From assembly GCA_963708025.1 (NCBI GenBank), contig CAVPSB010000028.1, positions 32,001 to 96,000 on the forward strand: a DNA stretch of 64,000 nt, in the 5' to 3' direction. Positions 1-12,382 of this stretch are shown piece by piece; within the stretch, counting starts at the first letter, position 1, and each line of letters opens with the position of its first letter. The notes beneath the pieces are model-generated. The model was not told the DNA's origin, searched no databases, and saw only the letters and a list, made by a program, of their open reading frames with translations. The DNA comes from an uncultured Candidatus Rokubacteria bacterium. GTDB lineage: Bacteria; Methylomirabilota; Methylomirabilia; Rokubacteriales; DASRDR01. The position numbers and the translations under genes were made by a program.

Positions 1-273
1 ACGGGTTCTCGCCGTGCGGACCACGGTGATCGGCCTCACCCCCAAGCCCGTCCTGCCGCGCCGGCCGGGAGGCTCGGGCCCCGCTCCCGCCCCACTCGTC
101 GCCCGGCGCCCGGTGGTCTTCCTCGGGACCGAGCACGACTGTCCGGTCTACGCGCGGGAGCCGCTGCCGGCCCGGCCATCGTGGAGGAAGCGGGCGCGAC
201 GACCGTGATCGGCCCCGGCTGGCGCGCCGGGCTCGACGAGTGCGGCAACCTGCGCCTCACCGCCACCGGCTGA
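1..273 (+). CDS. 3' end of hydantoinase A / 5-oxoprolinase family protein (partial, frame break near 168)
   Basis: RTTVIGLTPKP...CPVYARE followed in another frame by GPAIVEEAGATTVIGPGWRAGLDECGNLRLT*, the typical HyuA C-terminus; TGA at 271-273. Confidence 0.8.
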   Translation, partial: TGSRRADHGDRPHPQARPAAPAGRLGPRSRPTRRPAPGGLPRDRARLSGLRAGAAAGPAIVEEAGATTVIGPGWRAGLDECGNLRLTATG

Positions 274-319
274 CGGGGCGCCCCGGGAGGAGCCTGCGCT
301 GTCCGGGTCGAAGCGGTGA

Positions 320-356
320 GGCATCTTGACAGCATAGTCGGTGGTGCTATGATGCC
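320..356 (+). promoter_or_regulatory. sigma70 promoter and probable operator of vapBC; probably leaderless
   Basis: TTGACA 326-331, 16-nt spacer, TGn-TATGAT 348-353; GGCATC...GATGCC and AGCA...TGCT inverted repeats; GTG start at 360 with no RBS. Confidence 0.7.
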
Positions 357-359
357 GGC

Positions 360-620
360 GTGCGTACCACCGTGACTCTCGATGCCGATGTGGCCGCGAA
401 GCTCAAGGCGCTTGCTCGGCGGCGGGGCATCTCCTTCAAGCAGGCGCTCAATCAGGCCGTCCGGGCCGGCCTCGGTCCATCGCACCGATCCGCTCGGCCC
501 TTCACCCAGCAGACGCAGGCCATGTCCCTGCGCCCGGGGGTGAACCTCGACAAGGCTCTCCAGCTCGCGTCGGCCCTCGAGGACGAAGAGCTCGTGCGCA
601 AGCTCGAGTTGCGCAAGTGA
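360..620 (+). CDS. vapB: VapB-type antitoxin (ribbon-helix-helix)
   Basis: MRTTVTLDADVAAKL RHH start; GTGA overlap with the PIN toxin. Confidence 0.85.
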   Translation: MRTTVTLDADVAAKLKALARRRGISFKQALNQAVRAGLGPSHRSARPFTQQTQAMSLRPGVNLDKALQLASALEDEELVRKLELRK

Positions 621-1045
621 AGCTCGTTGACGCGAATCTCCTGCTCTATGCGACCGACGAGCGAGCACCTCGGCACGACGCCGCGCGGTCGTGGCTCGAG
701 GAGCGCCTGTCGGGGGACGAGACGGTGGCCTTCGCGTGGGCCGTTCTCCTGGCGTTCCTGCGTCTCAGCACGAGCCCCAGAGTCTTCCAGCACCCGTTGT
801 CACCGGATCGGGCATTCGACGCGGTCCATAGCTGGTTGGCGCAACCGTGTGCGGCGGTCGTGCATCCAGGTGACCGGCACGCCACCCTCGTCCGTCAACT
901 GCTCGGACCGCTCGGGACGGCCGGCAACCTCGTGACCGACGCCCACCTGGCGGCCCTCGCCATCGAGCACGGAGCCGAGCTGAACTCCTGCGACACGGAC
1001 TTCGCGCGATTCTCCGGTCTCCGCTGGAGCGATCCCCTCGCCTGA
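617..1045 (+). CDS. vapC: VapC PIN-domain ribonuclease toxin
   Basis: LVDANLLLYA, DAHLAALAIEHG and SCDTDFARF PIN motifs. Confidence 0.92.
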   Translation: MKLVDANLLLYATDERAPRHDAARSWLEERLSGDETVAFAWAVLLAFLRLSTSPRVFQHPLSPDRAFDAVHSWLAQPCAAVVHPGDRHATLVRQLLGPLGTAGNLVTDAHLAALAIEHGAELNSCDTDFARFSGLRWSDPLA

Positions 1046-1047
1046 GC

Positions 1048-1122
1048 GCGGGCGCGACGACGGGGATCGGACCCGGCTGGCGCGCCGGGACCGGCTGACG
1101 GAGCGCCCCGCGAGGAGCCTGC
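1048..1122 (+). repeat. Degenerate direct copy of 190-297 (3' end of the upstream gene plus spacer/RBS) with a 33-bp internal deletion
   Basis: 1048-1089 matches 190-231 and 1090-1122 matches 265-297; 5 mismatches in 75 nt by manual alignment. Confidence 0.9.
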
Positions 1123-1127
1123 CCACC

Positions 1128-1343
1128 ATGCGCAACCCGATCCGCGAGAAGCTCGGCCGGGGCGAGCTGGTCCTCGGCATGATGCACTTCACTGGCAGCC
1201 CGATGCTCGCCGTCGGCGAGAAGATCAGCACCGACTACGCGCGACAGATCACGGCCCGGGGCGTCCAGGTGATCAGCTTCAGCGCCGACGCCCTGGTCTT
1301 CCTCAAGGCATGCCGGGACATCGCCTCGCTGAAATCCCCGTGA
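1128..1343 (+). pseudogene. Internally deleted HpcH/HpaI aldolase-like gene
   Basis: MRNPIREKLGRGELVLG N-terminus joined directly to a RGVQVISFSADALVF C-terminus; only 71 aa. Confidence 0.65.
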
Positions 1344-2227
1344 GCCACTCGATCGAGGTCCATCCCATCGCCGGGGCCCTCGGCGCCGAGATCTCGGGGG
1401 TCGACCTGTCGAAGGATCTCGCGGACGACGCCGTCGCGGCCATCCGCCGCGCCTGGCTCGAGCACCTCGTGGTCTTCTTCCGCGACCAGGACCTCCCCCC
1501 CGCCCGGTTCCTGGCGTTCGCCCGCCGCTTCGGCGACGCGATCGAGTATCCCTTCGTGAAGGGCCTCGACGAGTTCCCGGAGATCATCCCCGTCGTGAAG
1601 CTCGAGCACGAGCGGGTCAACTTCGGCGGCATCTGGCACTCCGACACCGCCTACCTGGAGCGGCCGCCGATGGCCAGCATGCTGATCGCGCACGAGGTGC
1701 CGCCGGCCGGCGGCGACACGCTCTTCGCGAACATGTACCTGGCCTACGAGACGCTCTCGGCGGGGATGAAGCGGCTCCTGGACGGGCTCGCCGCCATCAA
1801 CAGCTCGGCGGGCGCCGACGCGACGCGCACCCGCGAGGACCGGCTGAAGGACAGCGCGCGCCCCGACGCGAAGCAGGAGTACGTCGCCGCGCATCCGGTC
1901 GTGCGCGTCCATCCCGAGACCGGCCGCAAGGCGCTCTACGTCAACGTCGCGCACACGGTTGGCTTCGAGGACATGACCCGGGAGGAGAGCGCGCCGCTCC
2001 TCGACTCTCTCTTCCGCCACCAGGTCCGGCCCGAGTTCACCTGCCGCTTCCGGTGGCACCCGGGCTCGATCGCGTTCTGGGACAACCGCTGCGCCCAGCA
2101 CAACGCGATCAACGACTACCAGGGCTACCGCCGGCTCATGCACCGCATCACCCTGGCCGGCGACGAGCCCCGCGGCTGCCCTCCCCTGGACCGTGACCTG
2201 CGCCCGGGACGACCGGGCGGGGGTTAG
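1340..2227 (+). CDS. tauD: TauD/TfdA family Fe(II)/2-oxoglutarate dioxygenase
   Basis: GAEISGVDL, WHSDT, GGDTLFA, HPVVRVHPETGRKALYVN, WDNRCAQH. Confidence 0.9.
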   Translation: MSHSIEVHPIAGALGAEISGVDLSKDLADDAVAAIRRAWLEHLVVFFRDQDLPPARFLAFARRFGDAIEYPFVKGLDEFPEIIPVVKLEHERVNFGGIWHSDTAYLERPPMASMLIAHEVPPAGGDTLFANMYLAYETLSAGMKRLLDGLAAINSSAGADATRTREDRLKDSARPDAKQEYVAAHPVVRVHPETGRKALYVNVAHTVGFEDMTREESAPLLDSLFRHQVRPEFTCRFRWHPGSIAFWDNRCAQHNAINDYQGYRRLMHRITLAGDEPRGCPPLDRDLRPGRPGGG

Positions 2228-2412
2228 CGCGGCACGGATCCCGTCGCGCCGGCGGCGAGACCAACGGGCGGCGGGCCAGCGGCGGGCCGGCTCCCGGTGG
2301 TGCCCGCCGGCTGATCCCACCTCGGGCCGAAAAGTGTGGTGTGCTCTCTGCACGGTCGCCGTAGAATCGGGTCGGGCCTCATCGCGAATCGGTCGTGTGG
2401 CCGAGGAGTTCC

Positions 2413-2868
2413 ATGTCCAACCCCGGCGACGGGAAACAACGTAGACGACTCGTCTGGGCGACCCGCAGCCCCGGCAGGGTCGTCGCCCGGTACGCCGATG
2501 GACAGGCCCTGAAGGGCTACGCCAGCGACTTCGATCCCGATCAGCCACGATTTCATCTCGCTCCGGCACATGGATCACCGGAGGAGGCGATCGAGGTCTG
2601 GCTCAGGGACCTCAAGGCCCTCTTCTTCGTCCGCTCCTTCGAAGGCGACCCACGCTACGACGAGTCGAGAGATCCGTACCAGTCGAGGCCACCGGGCACA
2701 CGGAAGATCAGGCTGGAGTTTCAGGACGGTGAGCTTCTCGTGGGGTACACGACCGCACGCGACGCTCGACGGTTCGGTCTCTTCGTCACGCCGCTCGATC
2801 CCAAGAGCAACAATCGCCGGGTGTTCGTACTCACCAGTTCGGTCGCCAGAATGGAGCGACTCCTGTGA
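2413..2868 (+). CDS. Hypothetical protein with two similar beta-domains (DUF6982-like)
   Basis: RBS GAGGAG; repeated VVARYADGQALKGY / IRLEFQDGELLVGY; LKALFFVRSF. Confidence 0.7.
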   Translation: MSNPGDGKQRRRLVWATRSPGRVVARYADGQALKGYASDFDPDQPRFHLAPAHGSPEEAIEVWLRDLKALFFVRSFEGDPRYDESRDPYQSRPPGTRKIRLEFQDGELLVGYTTARDARRFGLFVTPLDPKSNNRRVFVLTSSVARMERLL

Positions 2869-2926
2869 GGGGTGGTGGCGACGGGGTGCCAGTAGTCTCG
2901 CAGGACGGCATCGCTCATGGCCGGGC

Positions 2927-4063
2927 TCAGCCGTCCAGCGCGCGGTCCAGCACCCAGTTCGCGATGGTGTTGACCAGGATCTCGTGGGTTGACACGCGGC
3001 TGGTCCGGGAGTACGGGGAGGTCAGTCCCCGCTGCTGCTCCTCGCTGATGTGGTTGTCCTCCGGGATCGACTTGTCCCACCGGAAGTAGTACTTCTGGAC
3101 CTCCTGCTCGAAGTCCGGCCGCGCGATCGTGCTCCTGGGGAAGCAGGAGCCGACGATCAGCTTGCTCCGGTTCGGGCCCTGGGGTCGGAGCTCGAGCCAC
3201 CACATGCAGTCCTGGGCGCACCCCCACATGGTGCTGGGGTAGAGCAAGACGAAGTTCGTGCCCCCGTGGGCCAGGCCGGTCAGCCCCGGGACATGCGGGA
3301 ACACCGCCTTCTCGCCGGGCAGGATCGCCACGCTCTTCTCCGAGGCCAGGTGGCCGGCCTCCCACTGTCCCCGCGTCTCCACGTAGATGAGCTTCTGGTT
3401 GCCCACCGACGTCTTGTGGACGGTCGGCGTGTGGTAGTCCTCCATGGCGTTCTCGATGTACACCTTCCAGTTGCAGGCCAGGTCGTATTCCCTCCGGCGG
3501 ACGCAGACCATCTCGGAGAAGCGGTAGGACCCGAGCTGCTCGGTGAGGTCCCCCAGGTACTCGGCCAGGCTCTGGCTCTTCTGGTCGAAATTGATGAAGA
3601 GGAACCCCTCCCACGTCTCGAGCCTGATCGGCGTCAACGGCCAGGGGCCGCGCTCGAAGTTCGGCGTCTGCTCCATGCCGGGCGTCGCCAGGAGGTCGCC
3701 CTCCAGCGCGAACACCCAGCTGTGATAGGGGCACTTGATCACCTTCCCGCAGTTCCCCTCGCCGGTGAGGAGCCGGGTGCCGCGGTGCGTGCAGGTGTTG
3801 GCGAAGGCCCGGAGCTGGTTCGCCTTGTCGCGCAGCACGATCAGGTCCACGCCGACGAACTCGAGGGTCAGGTAGTCGCCCGGCTTCTCGAGCTGGTCGG
3901 CCCGGCCGATGAAGTTCCACGCCTTCAGAAAGATGCGCTCGACCTCCCGGTCATACCACTCCGGGGAGCTGTAGCACCAGGCGGGCAGGTGCGAGGCCTC
4001 CAGCGCCGGCCGGCGGACGTGGACGTAGTGGATCGGGTCGAACAGACTGGCGGGCGTGGCCAT
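2927..4063 (-). CDS. Rieske aromatic ring-hydroxylating oxygenase alpha subunit (choline monooxygenase-like)
   Basis: CTHRG...CPYHSW Rieske motif; NWK.YIENAMEDYH..TVH mononuclear iron site. Confidence 0.92.
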   Translation of the reverse strand: MATPASLFDPIHYVHVRRPALEASHLPAWCYSSPEWYDREVERIFLKAWNFIGRADQLEKPGDYLTLEFVGVDLIVLRDKANQLRAFANTCTHRGTRLLTGEGNCGKVIKCPYHSWVFALEGDLLATPGMEQTPNFERGPWPLTPIRLETWEGFLFINFDQKSQSLAEYLGDLTEQLGSYRFSEMVCVRRREYDLACNWKVYIENAMEDYHTPTVHKTSVGNQKLIYVETRGQWEAGHLASEKSVAILPGEKAVFPHVPGLTGLAHGGTNFVLLYPSTMWGCAQDCMWWLELRPQGPNRSKLIVGSCFPRSTIARPDFEQEVQKYYFRWDKSIPEDNHISEEQQRGLTSPYSRTSRVSTHEILVNTIANWVLDRALDG

Positions 4064-4074
4064 CGGCCCCTCCT

Positions 4075-4233
4075 TCAGCGGGTCGCCGGCGCGCCGGCCC
4101 CGACCGCGCCGTGCACGGTGCGGGGAACACGCCCGAGGTAGTCGGGGACGTCCGCCCGCGGGCGGACGTCCCCGTACTTCATGTGGATGTCCGTCCGATC
4201 GCTCGATCCGATCACGTCGTCCCAGATGGGCAT
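4075..4233 (-). pseudogene. Internally deleted isochorismatase / cysteine hydrolase-like remnant
   Basis: Strong RBS AGGAGG; MPIWDDVIGSSDR joined to DIHMKYGDV, resembling the two ends of this family. Confidence 0.5.
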
Positions 4234-4261
4234 GTCGTCCTCCTTCCTGGGACCCGATCGC

Positions 4262-4467
4262 CGGGGGCACGCTGTAGCGTCCGTCGCGTCGGGGACCAGG
4301 GCCCTGGGTGCGCACGCCGCGCCCCAGGCCTGCAAGATGGTCCGGTAGTCCTCGTCCGGGAGCGCCCGGAGCACGTCGTACACCGAGACGGGGCGCTCGG
4401 CCAGCAGCGCCTGGATCCGTCGCGCCAGGTGCATTCTACGCGTCGGGAGCCGCTGCTGTCGCCGCAT
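4262..4467 (-). CDS. Small hypothetical protein (frame break near 4320, ends uncertain)
   Basis: Protein-like segment LARRIQALLAERPVSVYDVLRALPDEDYRTILQAWG. Confidence 0.4.
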
Positions 4468-4525
4468 CACGCCGGCCGGCGACGAGCCCCGCGGGCCGTG
4501 GGCCCCGTCGCCGCGGGCGCCGCCC

Positions 4526-5647
4526 TCAGCGGGCGAGCCGCGCAAAGCGACGGACCGAGATGGCGAACAGGGCGATGCCGAGCACCAGGATGCCGGCGAT
4601 GTCGGGCCAGACGTAGGCCAGGCCATTGCCCTTGAACAGCACCTGGTAGCCGAAGTTGACGTAGTGACGCACTGGCGAGATCAAGCTGGCGTACCGCATG
4701 ATCGGCCCCATGCTCTCCGGCGGCGTGAACGCGCCCGAGAGTAGCATCATGGGATACAGGACGAGCAGCACCAGGAGCATCGCCTGCCCCAGGTTCCGGG
4801 CCACCACGGCGATGGCGAGCCCCAGGCTCGCCATGGCGAACACGTAGACGACGGAGACCGCGTAGAAGAGCGTCACGCTGCCGCGGATGGGTGTCGCGAA
4901 GACTCCGTGGACGATGGCGAACACCGATCCCAGGGCGGCCAGCGGCACCAGGGCCACGACGGGGACGACCTTCGCGGCGAACAGCTCCGCCGGGCGGAGC
5001 GGGCTCACCAGCAGGTGTTCCACCGTCCCCTGCTCGCGCTCCCGGACCATCGCCGCGGCCGCCAGGAGCATGGCGATCATCGTCACCTGGTTCAGCACCT
5101 CCAGCAGGCTGGAGAACCAGGTCTCGACGAGGTTCGGGTTGTACTCCACGCGGACGCGCGCGTCCACCCGGGGCACGCCGCCCCGGCCGGCGGCGCCCAG
5201 CCGCCGCTCGAGTAGCTCCGCGCTGTAGCCGCCGGCGATCCCGGCGATGTGGGCCCCCGCGATGGTGGCCGAGGTGGACTGGCTGCCGTCCGAGATGACC
5301 TGAAAGCGCGCCCCCGACCGGTGGGCCCGGCGCTCGAAGTCCGGCGGAATCACGATGGCCAGGCTGGCCCGGCCGCCGTCGAGCAGGCTCACCACCTCGG
5401 CGTCGTCCCGCGCGTAGCCGACGACCTTGAAGTAGGGGGCTCGGAACCGGGACACCAGCTCCCGGCTCATCGCGCTGCGGGACAGGTCGAGCACGACGAG
5501 GGGGTAGTTGTGGATCTCGGTGGAGATGCCGTGGCCGCCCGTGTAGACGGCCCCCGTGAACGCCCAGACCACGAAGAGCAGGATCGGCCAGTCCCGGAAG
5601 AGCTGGCTCAGCTCCTTCCGGATCATGGCGATGAGCCGGCCGGCCAT
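4526..5647 (-). CDS. ABC-2 type exporter permease (YbhR-like)
   Basis: MIRKELSQLFRD, YNPNL, VREREQGTVEHLLVSP; several TM helices. Confidence 0.9.
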   Translation of the reverse strand: MAGRLIAMIRKELSQLFRDWPILLFVVWAFTGAVYTGGHGISTEIHNYPLVVLDLSRSAMSRELVSRFRAPYFKVVGYARDDAEVVSLLDGGRASLAIVIPPDFERRAHRSGARFQVISDGSQSTSATIAGAHIAGIAGGYSAELLERRLGAAGRGGVPRVDARVRVEYNPNLVETWFSSLLEVLNQVTMIAMLLAAAAMVREREQGTVEHLLVSPLRPAELFAAKVVPVVALVPLAALGSVFAIVHGVFATPIRGSVTLFYAVSVVYVFAMASLGLAIAVVARNLGQAMLLVLLVLYPMMLLSGAFTPPESMGPIMRYASLISPVRHYVNFGYQVLFKGNGLAYVWPDIAGILVLGIALFAISVRRFARLAR

Positions 5648-6796
5648 CAGCCCACTCGCTTCCGCAGGGCGAGCCAGGCGCCGAGGTAGACGATGGCGGC
5701 GTAGAGCGCCAGGATCAGCAGGCTCCGCCCATACGGGGTGACGCCGCCCCCCTTGAGGAAGCTGCCACGCACGATCGCCATGAAGTACGTCGCCGGGATC
5801 AGGCGACTCACGACCCGTCCGACGGCGTCCTGGCTCGCGGCCGGCGTGAAGATGCCGGAGAACGTGAAGGCGGGGGCCACGGCACCCAGGAACGTGGCCA
5901 GCATCGCCGCCAGCTGGCTCCGGGTCAGCACCGAGATCAGGAGGCCGATGCCGACCGTGCACACCGCGTAGAGCAGGGCGCCGGCAGACAGCACCCACAC
6001 GCTCCCGACGAAGCGCACACGGAAGAGCCAGAGGCTCGCGGCGAGGATCACGAGGTAGTCGAAGAAGGAGACCGCCACGTAGGGGAGGGCCTTTCCGGCC
6101 ACGATGTCCCATCGCCCGGCCGGAGAGCAGAAGAGGTTGAGGATGGTGCCGCTTTCGCGCTCGCGCACGATGAGCAACGCGCTGAGCAGCGGCGGGAAGA
6201 TCATGAGGATGACGACCAGCATGCCGGGCACGATGAAATTCTTGCTCTCCAGCGTCGGGTTGTACCAGACCGACAGCTCCATCTGCACCGGCCACACGGG
6301 CCCGCCTCCGCCGTCTCCCCGGCCCAGATGGCTCTCGAAGAGCTGCTGGTTGTAGAGTGTGTTGATCGCTTCCACGTAGCCGGTGGCGATCTGTCCGCGG
6401 GTGGGGAACGAGCCGTCGACGGTCACGCCCACCGCGGCGCGCTCGCCGGCGCTGAGCCGTCGGCCGAAGTCGGGTGGGATGTCGATGACGACCCGGGCGC
6501 GGCCGGACCGGACCCACTCTCTGGCCTCGGTGGCGCTGTCGAGCAGTCCGACGAGCCGGAAGTACTCGGAGTGGACGAACGCGTCGATGTACTGCCGGCT
6601 CCACGGGGAGCGGTCGTGGTCGACCACGGCCACCAGCAGTCCCTTGACGTCGAGCGCCAGCTGGTAGCCGAGCAGCAGGATGAGCAGCAACGGCACGACG
6701 ATCGCCAGCCCGAGATAGGCGGGATCGCGGAGGAGCTGGCGAGCCTCCTTCCGGGCGATGGCCAGCATGCGATCCCCCCGACGGCCGCCGCGACGA

Positions 6797-6804
<8 letters not shown>
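5647..6804 (-). CDS. ABC-2 type exporter permease (YbhS-like)
   Basis: IARKEARQLLRD, WYNPTLES, IVRERESGTI. Confidence 0.9.
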
Positions 6805-8784
<1,980 letters not shown>

Positions 8785-8788
<4 letters not shown>

Positions 8789-10116
8789 CTCCCGGTCGAG
8801 TCCCGGTCGCGTGGCCAGAGGCCGGGGCGCGACGCGGCGTCGGGGTTCACCCACGGGGCCGCGGGTTGCCAGCGGATCACGGCGTCGGCCGGCATCCCGG
8901 GCTTGAGGATCCCCCCCGGGTTCTCGGCGAGGGCGACCTCGACGGCGAAGACGAGCTCCACCCGCTCCTCGCGCGTCTCCACGTTCTTGGGGGTGAACTC
9001 CGCCTCCTGGGAGATCCGGCTCACGCGGGCCGGGAACGCCCGGCCCGGATAGGCGTCCACCGACACGCGTGCCTCCTGGCCCAGGGCCACCTTCCCGATG
9101 CTCGGCTCCGGCACGTAGATCTTGACGTAGAGGCGATCGAGATCCACCAGCGTGAACAGCGTCGTCCCGGCCTCGACGCGCTCGCCCCGCTCCACCGTGC
9201 GCGTCAAGACCCGCCCGGCGATGGGGCTCCTGATCGAGAAGTCCGCGACGTGGCTCTGCTGCTCGGCGAGCTGCGCCTGGGCCTGCCGCCGCTGTCGATC
9301 GAGCGCCTCGCGCTCGGCGCGCATGGTCTCGAGCTGCTCGCGCCCGAGGCCCGCCAGCTCGACCTGCTTCTCGCTGGTCGCCAGCGCCGCCTCCGCCTCG
9401 CGCACCGTGTGCTCCGCCACCTCGGCGGCAAGACGAGCGTGCTCGCTTTCCTGCGGAGCGACGAGATCCTTCGCCACCAGCATCGCGGCGCGCTGGGCGT
9501 CCCGCGTGGCTTGGGCGGCGCTGGCGCGCGCCCGGCGCAGGCGGGCCTCGGCCTCCCGGAGCGCCGCGCTCGCCTGCTCGATCTGCAACTTGACTTGCCG
9601 GTCGGTCATGGCGAGCTGGGAGTTCGCGGCGCGCAGCTTCTCGGCCAGCACGTTCAGCTGCTCCTGGGCCGAGCGCACCCGCTCCTGCTGAGCCCGGTCG
9701 TCCAGGGTGGCGAGCAGCTGGCCGGGCTCGACCGCTTGCCCCTCGTCCACGTGCAGCGCCGCGACCCACGCGGAGGACTTGGGGGTGAGCGTGGTGATCC
9801 GGCCTTCGATCCGCCCGCTCGCGAAGAGAAGGCCCGCGGGCGCTTGCGGAGCGAGCCAGGAAAGCATCCTCGGGCCGACCAGCACCGCGCCGCCCGCCCC
9901 TGCGAGCAGGACGACCGTCCACGGAAGCCAACGGAGGCGCCGCCGCCTGGTGGCAGCGGGCGACACGGGTGCCCGGTCGGCCACGGGTAGGGTCTCGGTC
10001 AGGGGTCGGGGGGGATCCGACCTGACCGCAGGCCGACCGTCGATCGGCCGGGCGGGGCCCGACACGCTGGCCGTCCCGTTCTTGGGCGGCGCCGATCCCT
10101 CCCGCTCGGTAGGCAT
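8785..10116 (-). CDS. HlyD family periplasmic adaptor (YbhG-like), start uncertain
   Basis: TM anchor, SGRIEG, coiled coil, AEFTPKNVETREER, LKPGMPAD. Confidence 0.9.
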
Positions 10117-10338
10117 CACCCCCTGATCCTTGGCAACCGATGTGCCACGCGAGAAGGCCGTAGAATCAGGGGTTTCGCCGTCCTCGCCGAGCGTGTGGTG
10201 GGGCACGAGCGCCCCACCCCGCACCCCGTTGGGGCGCGCCCTCCACACTCGCGGGCAGACCGGGCCCGCTCTCGCCACTTGGGCCGCCTCCGGGTGACTC
10301 GGAGGTATCCTCGCCAGGCTTCGCGTGGTGACGGCCGG

Positions 10339-10854
10339 TCAGCGCCCTTCCAGCTCCGACGCCAGGGCGGCCGTGATGGACGCCAGCTCCACGATGCGGG
10401 CGGCGTCGTGGAGGACGCCCGCCGTTCGGACGGAGAGCATGTTCGACCACGCCTCCACCTGGGCGCGCCGGAACGACTCCAGCCGCTTCAAGAGCTCCGC
10501 GGCCGCCGGGGGGAGCGCTTCGACCCCGTCCCATCCGCCCAGAAGCTTGCGGCGCACCAGGAGCCGGCCGCGCCTCGGTTTCTTCAGGGTCGTCATGGCC
10601 GTCGTCAGCGGGCTCTTCCGGGAGCTGCCGGTGAAGAAGTCCACGACCACGTCGCGCCCGTCCTGGCGCCCGTACATCAGCCCGCCCGAGAGGTACCCGC
10701 CCCTCTCGTACCGCCCGTCCATCTCGGCCGCGGCACGCATCGCCGCCGCCACGCACCGTCGGCGCCAGAGCGCATGGATTCCCCAGAAGGGGGCGGCGAC
10801 GAGTCCCATGGCGACCACGTCCGCCAGGGCGGTCCCGAGGCTTTCCAGCATCAC
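10339..10854 (-). CDS. Hypothetical protein with N-terminal hydrophobic segment
   Basis: 171-aa ORF with RBS GGGAGG. Confidence 0.5.
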   Translation of the reverse strand: MMLESLGTALADVVAMGLVAAPFWGIHALWRRRCVAAAMRAAAEMDGRYERGGYLSGGLMYGRQDGRDVVVDFFTGSSRKSPLTTAMTTLKKPRRGRLLVRRKLLGGWDGVEALPPAAAELLKRLESFRRAQVEAWSNMLSVRTAGVLHDAARIVELASITAALASELEGR

Positions 10855-10969
10855 CCGGCCTCCCGGCCCGGGCCGAAGCCCGGAAGGCTGCCGGCGACGG
10901 TCGCGGCGCGCCGAACGGCCCGGAGGGCAGCGACGGATCGAAGGAGGGACGGAAGAGGGGCGCAGACGG

Positions 10970-12218
10970 TCACCCCACGAAGCGCCAGTCGTGGGGGGCG
11001 AGGGAGATCACCTCCGGCCCCCGCTCGGTGACGATCAGCTGCTCCTCGAGCTTGACGCTCTGCCGCCCGCCGGCCTCGCCGACCAGGGCCTCGACGCAGA
11101 TCACCATGTGCTCCTGGAGCACGTCGGGGTCGTTGCCGAAACCGCTCCAGCTCACGTCCGGGAAGTAGATGGCCGGCCACTCGTCCGACATGCCGGCGCC
11201 GTGCGCGAGCACCACGTAGCGATTCGCTCGGTACTTCTCGGGATAGGCCGGGGCCTTCTCGCCGATCTCCCGGAAGCTCGCCCCGGGGCGGAAGAGCGGG
11301 ATCGACTCCTGGATGAAGCGGTACCCGACCTCGTAGAGCTCCCGCTGCTCGGCCGTCGGCTTCCGGTCGCCGCAGAGGAAGGTACGGGAGACGTCGGCGA
11401 AGTAGCCGAAGGGACCCGCCATGTCGGTGTCGAACGCCACCAGCTCCCCGTCGCGGACCAGCCGGTCCGACGCGGCCTGGTACCAGGGATTGGTGCGATC
11501 ACCAGCGGCCAGCAGCCGGCCGTCGGTGTGCTCCCCGCCCAGCCGGATGTTGGTCGCGGTGAAGACGGCCCACAGCTCGTTCTCGGTCACGCCCGGACGG
11601 ATCGCGTCCCGGACCGCGCAGATGCCGATGTCGGCCACGGCGCAGGCCTGGCGGACCAGGGTCAGCTCGTCCGGCGTCTTGATCGCCCGCGCCCGCTCGA
11701 CCGGCACCCGGGCGTCGGCCAGCCGGAGCTGCTGCGTCCGGAGCGCCTCGAAGCCGACGAAGTCCAGGCGATCGATCCCCAGGGGCTCGCGGGCCAGCCC
11801 GAGCTCACCCAGCGTCGCTCCGAGCTCGGCCGCCCAGCGCCGGGCAGCCTCGCCCACGTTCCGGCCACAGGGAAAGAAATCCCAGGTGCGACCCTCCCGG
11901 ACGTCGATGGCGGCCTCCCCCGCCAGGGTGTCGTCGAGGCCGCCGAAGACGATCGGGCGGCCCTCGCGCGGGACGACGGCATACCGGTAGTAGGACCGGA
12001 GGGCGAAGCCGGTGGACGAGTCCCGCATCCCCGTCGCGTAGCGGATGTTGATCGGGTCGTAGAGGAGGACCGCCCCCAGCCCCGCCTTCCCGATCTCCGC
12101 CTGGAGCCGGGCCAGGCGCTCGCGCTTCAGGCGCGCGACGTTGAACGCGCGTCTCGTAGTCGACGATCTGCTGGCCGACGAGCTCCCGCTGGTGGACGTG
12201 CTTGCCCTTGGTCGCCAC
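10970..12218 (-). CDS. M24 family Xaa-Pro peptidase / DddP-like protein (frameshift near 12142)
   Basis: MATKGKH...DYETR start frame shifts into NVARLKRERLARL; RAIKTPDE, FDTD, DVSRT, HGAG, KLEEQ metal ligands. Confidence 0.88.
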
Positions 12219-12237
12219 GGTTCTCCTCTCCCTTCGT

Positions 12238-12382
12238 TCGAGACCTCCCGCCCACCCCCCAACCCCCCTCGTTTGATCGGATCGCCGCGACGGCTCGGGC
12301 CTGCGGCCCTCGCGGCGTCCCGCCCTCCGGCGGCCACCGGGGGGAGGGGGGCCGGAAGAATCGATCGCTTCCAGGCACTCTC
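12238..12382 (-). repeat. Interspersed repeat family A, copy 1
   Basis: Reverse strand: GAGAGTG...CCGGCCCCCTCCCC...GGCCGCAGGCC...GGGGGTGGGCGGGAGGTCTCGA. Confidence 0.7.
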
